Assembly (NCBI GenBank): GCA_964462635.1
Contig: CAYWYJ010000002.1
Span: forward strand, 4,047 to 68,046
Direction of reading: 5' to 3'
Length of the DNA stretch: 64,000 nt
Source: an uncultured Planctomycetales bacterium
Lineage (GTDB): Bacteria > Planctomycetota > Phycisphaerae > UBA1845 > Fen-1342
The position numbers and the translations under genes were made by a program. This document shows, piece by piece, positions 61,069-64,000 of the stretch. The notes beneath the pieces are model-generated. The model was given only the letters and a program-made list of their open reading frames with translations, was not told the origin of the DNA and made no database searches. How positions within the stretch are numbered: the stretch's first letter is position 1; each line of letters starts with the position of its first letter.

Positions 61069-62682
61069 TCACATCCGATGCGCAAGAATGACGGTGATGT
61101 CGTCGGGTTGGGAACCGCCCTCTGTGAAGTTGCGCAGGTCGGTCAGCATCTCCTTGAGCATGGCGCTGGCCAACTGCCCGAACCCGTCGCAGAGGATGTT
61201 CACGAAGCGCTCCTCGCCGAACACCTCGTCGCGGCGGTTCTTGGCGGTGACGACGCCGGGCGTGAACAGCACGAGCGTCTCGTCCGGTTCGAGTTGCTCC
61301 GAAAGCAAGGGGTACACCGTTGCCTTGGCCGTGCCCAGCGGCACGGTGGGTTCCTCGCCTCCCAGCGGACGGGCCTCGCCGCGCTGGCCGATGATGTACG
61401 CGCCGAGGTGACCGGCCAGGGCGTAGCGTGTCAGGCCGCTCGCCGGGTCGATGACGCCGACGAAGCACGCCAGGGGATGGTCTTTCTGTCCGTCGTACAT
61501 CAACCAGTTCAACATACGCAGGCAGACGCCCGGGTTGTCCTGGTGCATGACCGCGGACCGGAACGCGGTCTGGGCCTGGACCAGCAGCAAGCTGGGCAGG
61601 GCGCCGGCGGCCGGCGTGTAGGCGATCATCAGGGCCGCCAGGTTGTTGGACAGCCGCACGACATCATAGATGTCGCCGCTGCGTTCGCGCCCGGGCTCGC
61701 GAAACGCCCCGAAGACCAACTCGTTTTCCCACTGCGGGAGCTTCCGCGGGGTGAGCCGGGCCTGGATTTCGTGCGCGACGCTGACCTGCCCGTCGATCAA
61801 CGCGGCCCGGTTGCGGGCCGTGACCTTGAAGATGGCGTCGAGCTGGTGCGCGAAGATGTTGAGTTGCAGGATGAAGTAGTCGAGGTCGGGGGTCTCATAA
61901 CGCCGACCCGATTCTCCGCTGTCCAGGTAAACCATGCCGAGGGTGCCGTCCGGCCCCAGCAGGGGACCGGCCAGGACCGACATCGGCTCCTCGCGGCTGA
62001 CCCGCGGCACCAGGACGAACTGCGCCCGGTCGAGGGCGCGCGGCTTGAGCTCGTGGCCGAGTTCGGGCAAGTCGGTGGTCTGTCCCGTGATCAGCCGCCC
62101 TTCCTCGTACTCCATCGGTCCGTAGCTCAGTCGCCGGACGCCGATCCAGGCCCGCTGCGCCGCGAATGCCGCCAGCAGACAGCCGAGGGCCGCGTCCATC
62201 AGCTCTTCGACTGTCTGGTTGCCGGAGGCGGCCAGGCTGGCGCGACCGACCCCCGCCAGGTGTTCGGGCTGCACGGTCAACAGGTCGCTGCTCTTCTTCA
62301 GGAGGGCCCCCGCCGGCAAGCGGGCCTGGGCGAACCGCTCGAGCTGCGCGCGGGTGGTCCCGAGCGTCGCCCGGGCCGCCGGCTGCTCGTCGTACTCCGG
62401 GTACACGCGAATCTTGAAATCGAGGAGAGTGATCTCGTCCCCCGTCGACAACTCGGCCTGCTCGCGCACCACCATGCCGTTCAGGCGCAGCTCGCAGCTC
62501 GCGTCGAGCTGCTGCAACAGCCAAGCGCCGTCCCGCTCGGGGATGATTACCGCCTGCTGGGGGGCGATGCGGTTGTCGCCCAGCCGCACGCGGCACTCCT
62601 CGCGCGATCCGACGTAGACCGCCTCGAGTCCGCAGACCACGTCGGCCACCATCGCGTCGTTTTGCAGGACGATGAGTCGCAT
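61069..62682 (-). CDS. FHA domain + GAF-like domain + PP2C/SpoIIE-family protein phosphatase
   Basis: The N-terminal FHA-like segment is VYVGSREECRVRLGDNRIAPQQAVII...LNGMVV....L..GDEITLLDFKIRV. The central GAF-like segment is ...RAWIGVRR...GMVYLDS. The C-terminal SpoIIE blocks are SGDIYDVV, LVLFTPGV and GGSQPDDITVILAHR. Confidence 0.88.
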   Translation of the reverse strand: MRLIVLQNDAMVADVVCGLEAVYVGSREECRVRLGDNRIAPQQAVIIPERDGAWLLQQLDASCELRLNGMVVREQAELSTGDEITLLDFKIRVYPEYDEQPAARATLGTTRAQLERFAQARLPAGALLKKSSDLLTVQPEHLAGVGRASLAASGNQTVEELMDAALGCLLAAFAAQRAWIGVRRLSYGPMEYEEGRLITGQTTDLPELGHELKPRALDRAQFVLVPRVSREEPMSVLAGPLLGPDGTLGMVYLDSGESGRRYETPDLDYFILQLNIFAHQLDAIFKVTARNRAALIDGQVSVAHEIQARLTPRKLPQWENELVFGAFREPGRERSGDIYDVVRLSNNLAALMIAYTPAAGALPSLLLVQAQTAFRSAVMHQDNPGVCLRMLNWLMYDGQKDHPLACFVGVIDPASGLTRYALAGHLGAYIIGQRGEARPLGGEEPTVPLGTAKATVYPLLSEQLEPDETLVLFTPGVVTAKNRRDEVFGEERFVNILCDGFGQLASAMLKEMLTDLRNFTEGGSQPDDITVILAHRM

Positions 62683-62868
62683 GGAGCGCGTCGATTGGTA
62701 GTCGCGGCCGATACCGCCGCGGGGGCCCGCGCTCCGTCCGGTGGAGACCGCCGGGGCCCGCCGCGCCGCGGCCGGACCAGCGAAACTGTTCGCTGGCGCG
62801 GCATCCTACTCAGCGGTGCGGGGCCTGCCCAGCCCCAGCAGCGGAAGCTCAGGAGAGGAGGCGGGTTT

Positions 62869-63246
62869 TCAGCCGCCGGCGGGGGCCGGGGCCCCGACGA
62901 CGTGTTTGACCTTGGCCGCCAACTGGTCCGGCGAGAAGGGTTTGATGAGGTAGTCGTTGGCGCCGGCCTTGATGGCCTCGATGACGCGGGACTTCTCGGC
63001 CTCCGTGGTGACCATGATGACCGGGGTCTTGTTGCCCGCTTGACGGATGGCCCGCAAGGCGTCGATGCCGCTCATCTTGGGCATGTTCCAATCCAGCAGG
63101 ATCAGGTCGTAGCCGCCGCCCTGGAGGGCCTTGACCGCTTCCATGCCGTCGCCGGCTTCGGTCGCCTCGTTGATCCCGACCATCCCGAGGGCCTTGATCA
63201 CAATCCGCCGAATCGTCATCGAGTCGTCGACGACCAGTGCTTTCAT
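62869..63246 (-). CDS. cheY: CheY-like single-domain response regulator
   Basis: MKALVVDDSMTIRRIV...LILLDWNMPKMSG...VIMVTTE...DYLIKPF. Confidence 0.9.
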   Translation of the reverse strand: MKALVVDDSMTIRRIVIKALGMVGINEATEAGDGMEAVKALQGGGYDLILLDWNMPKMSGIDALRAIRQAGNKTPVIMVTTEAEKSRVIEAIKAGANDYLIKPFSPDQLAAKVKHVVGAPAPAGG

Positions 63247-63257
63247 ACCGCAGCCCT

Positions 63258-63719
63258 TTAGTTCGGGTTGTAGGTCACTTCCAAGGTGAAGTTGCCCGCC
63301 TCGGACGTAAACGGGACTTCCAGCCAGACCGACTTGCTGGGGTACTTCAGCTTGTAGCCGGTCCCCTCCACCACGGTGGGCAGTCCGAGTTCGAGCGGCG
63401 GCTCGAAGTGGAACTTGGCCTTCGCCGACCCAGCCACCATGTTGACGATTTCCGAGATCGCGTCGATGACCTCATCGTTCACCGTCTTCGTCTCCGCCCC
63501 GAGCATCCGGCCGGCCAGGGCCAGGGCGGTCTTCGGGGGGAAGCGGAGGGCCACCACGCCGCTGACCTTCCCGCTCAGGCCCACGAGCGACGTGATGACT
63601 TCGCCGACGGCGCGCCCGTCGCTGACCTTCAGGCCGTTCCGCTTGGGCGTCACGCCGAGCATCGTCGTGAACACCGTGTCGACGGACTCGATGAAGGGGT
63701 TGATGTAACTGACGTCCAC
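63258..63719 (-). CDS. cheX: Chemotaxis phosphatase CheX
   Basis: GTG start with GGAGG 7 nt upstream. INPFIESVDTVFTTMLG...SLVGLSGKVSGVVALRFP...A..MLG.......DEVIDAISEIVNMVAGSAK is typical of CheX. Confidence 0.85.
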   Translation of the reverse strand: MDVSYINPFIESVDTVFTTMLGVTPKRNGLKVSDGRAVGEVITSLVGLSGKVSGVVALRFPPKTALALAGRMLGAETKTVNDEVIDAISEIVNMVAGSAKAKFHFEPPLELGLPTVVEGTGYKLKYPSKSVWLEVPFTSEAGNFTLEVTYNPN

Positions 63720-63941
63720 GATTCATCCTCCGCCGCAGGCTCCTGCGACGACCTCCGCGGCCCGAGTTTGGGCCACACCGTCGGCCGGCCGCGGCACGCC
63801 GCCGTTCGCGCTCCCCCGTCCGCGTCCATCGTCCCGCCGTGTTAGCTACATCGTCCCAAACGCGCGCGACGTTTGAAAAATCAACGTGGTCCGGAAGCGC
63901 CGGCCTGCTAAATAGGTACTCAGGATCATGGGGCGCCAACC

Positions 63942-63985
63942 GGGAGGGCGAGCCTCCCGGCGAGCCGCGGCTCGGCAGGCCGGTA
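63942..63985. repeat. Family-A element (degenerate right arm) at window end
   Basis: gggagggcgagcctcccggcgagccgcggctcggcaggccgg matches the left arm and core of the copies at 7814, 28054, 38078 and 55630. Confidence 0.7.
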
Positions 63986-64000
63986 GGGTCGCCGCAGGAG

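Overview
Very GC-rich bacterial chromosomal segment. Two prepilin-N-terminal/DUF1559 proteins, a PEP-CTERM protein, dockerin-like C-terminal tails, a BlaR1-like M56 sensor with carboxypeptidase-regulatory repeats and a CHASE2 cyclase fit Planctomycetota, possibly Phycisphaerae-like (inference from gene content only). I support about 42 protein-coding genes. Housekeeping genes are pgi, coaB, valS, guaA, nadB, a 5-formyl-THF cyclo-ligase, rarA, panB, smc and a lipoate-ligase family gene. Envelope and transport genes are a GldG/DUF4340 ABC operon, an OprO/P-like porin, a MacB-type permease and an LPS-kinase family protein. Signalling genes are BlaI/BlaR1, a CHASE2 adenylate cyclase, REC-GGDEF-HD-GYP and CheX-CheY-FHA/GAF/PP2C. 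An indolepyruvate oxidoreductase locus and two tandem secreted M28 peptidases complete the set. By eye I found no rRNA, tRNA, tmRNA, RNase P RNA, CRISPR array, transposase, integrase or phage genes. Many long ORFs in the supplied track are antisense or off-frame shadows typical of high-GC DNA and are rejected. Five observations stand out. (1) Several families of short GC-rich palindromic repeats occur in intergenic DNA and also in-frame inside genes; valS alone carries at least five such insertions and is roughly 320-410 codons longer than canonical ValRS. (2) IorB is fused in one ORF to a complete ADP-forming acyl-CoA synthetase. (3) An unlisted 43-codon poly-lysine ORF ending in CGPC lies directly downstream of smc. 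(4) A twin palindromic operator overlaps a near-consensus promoter in front of blaI. (5) The same dockerin-like C-terminal module occurs on three secreted proteins, two of them a recent tandem duplication. I cannot point to one clear-cut novel multi-gene system; the repeat colonisation of coding sequence is the strongest unexplained signal.
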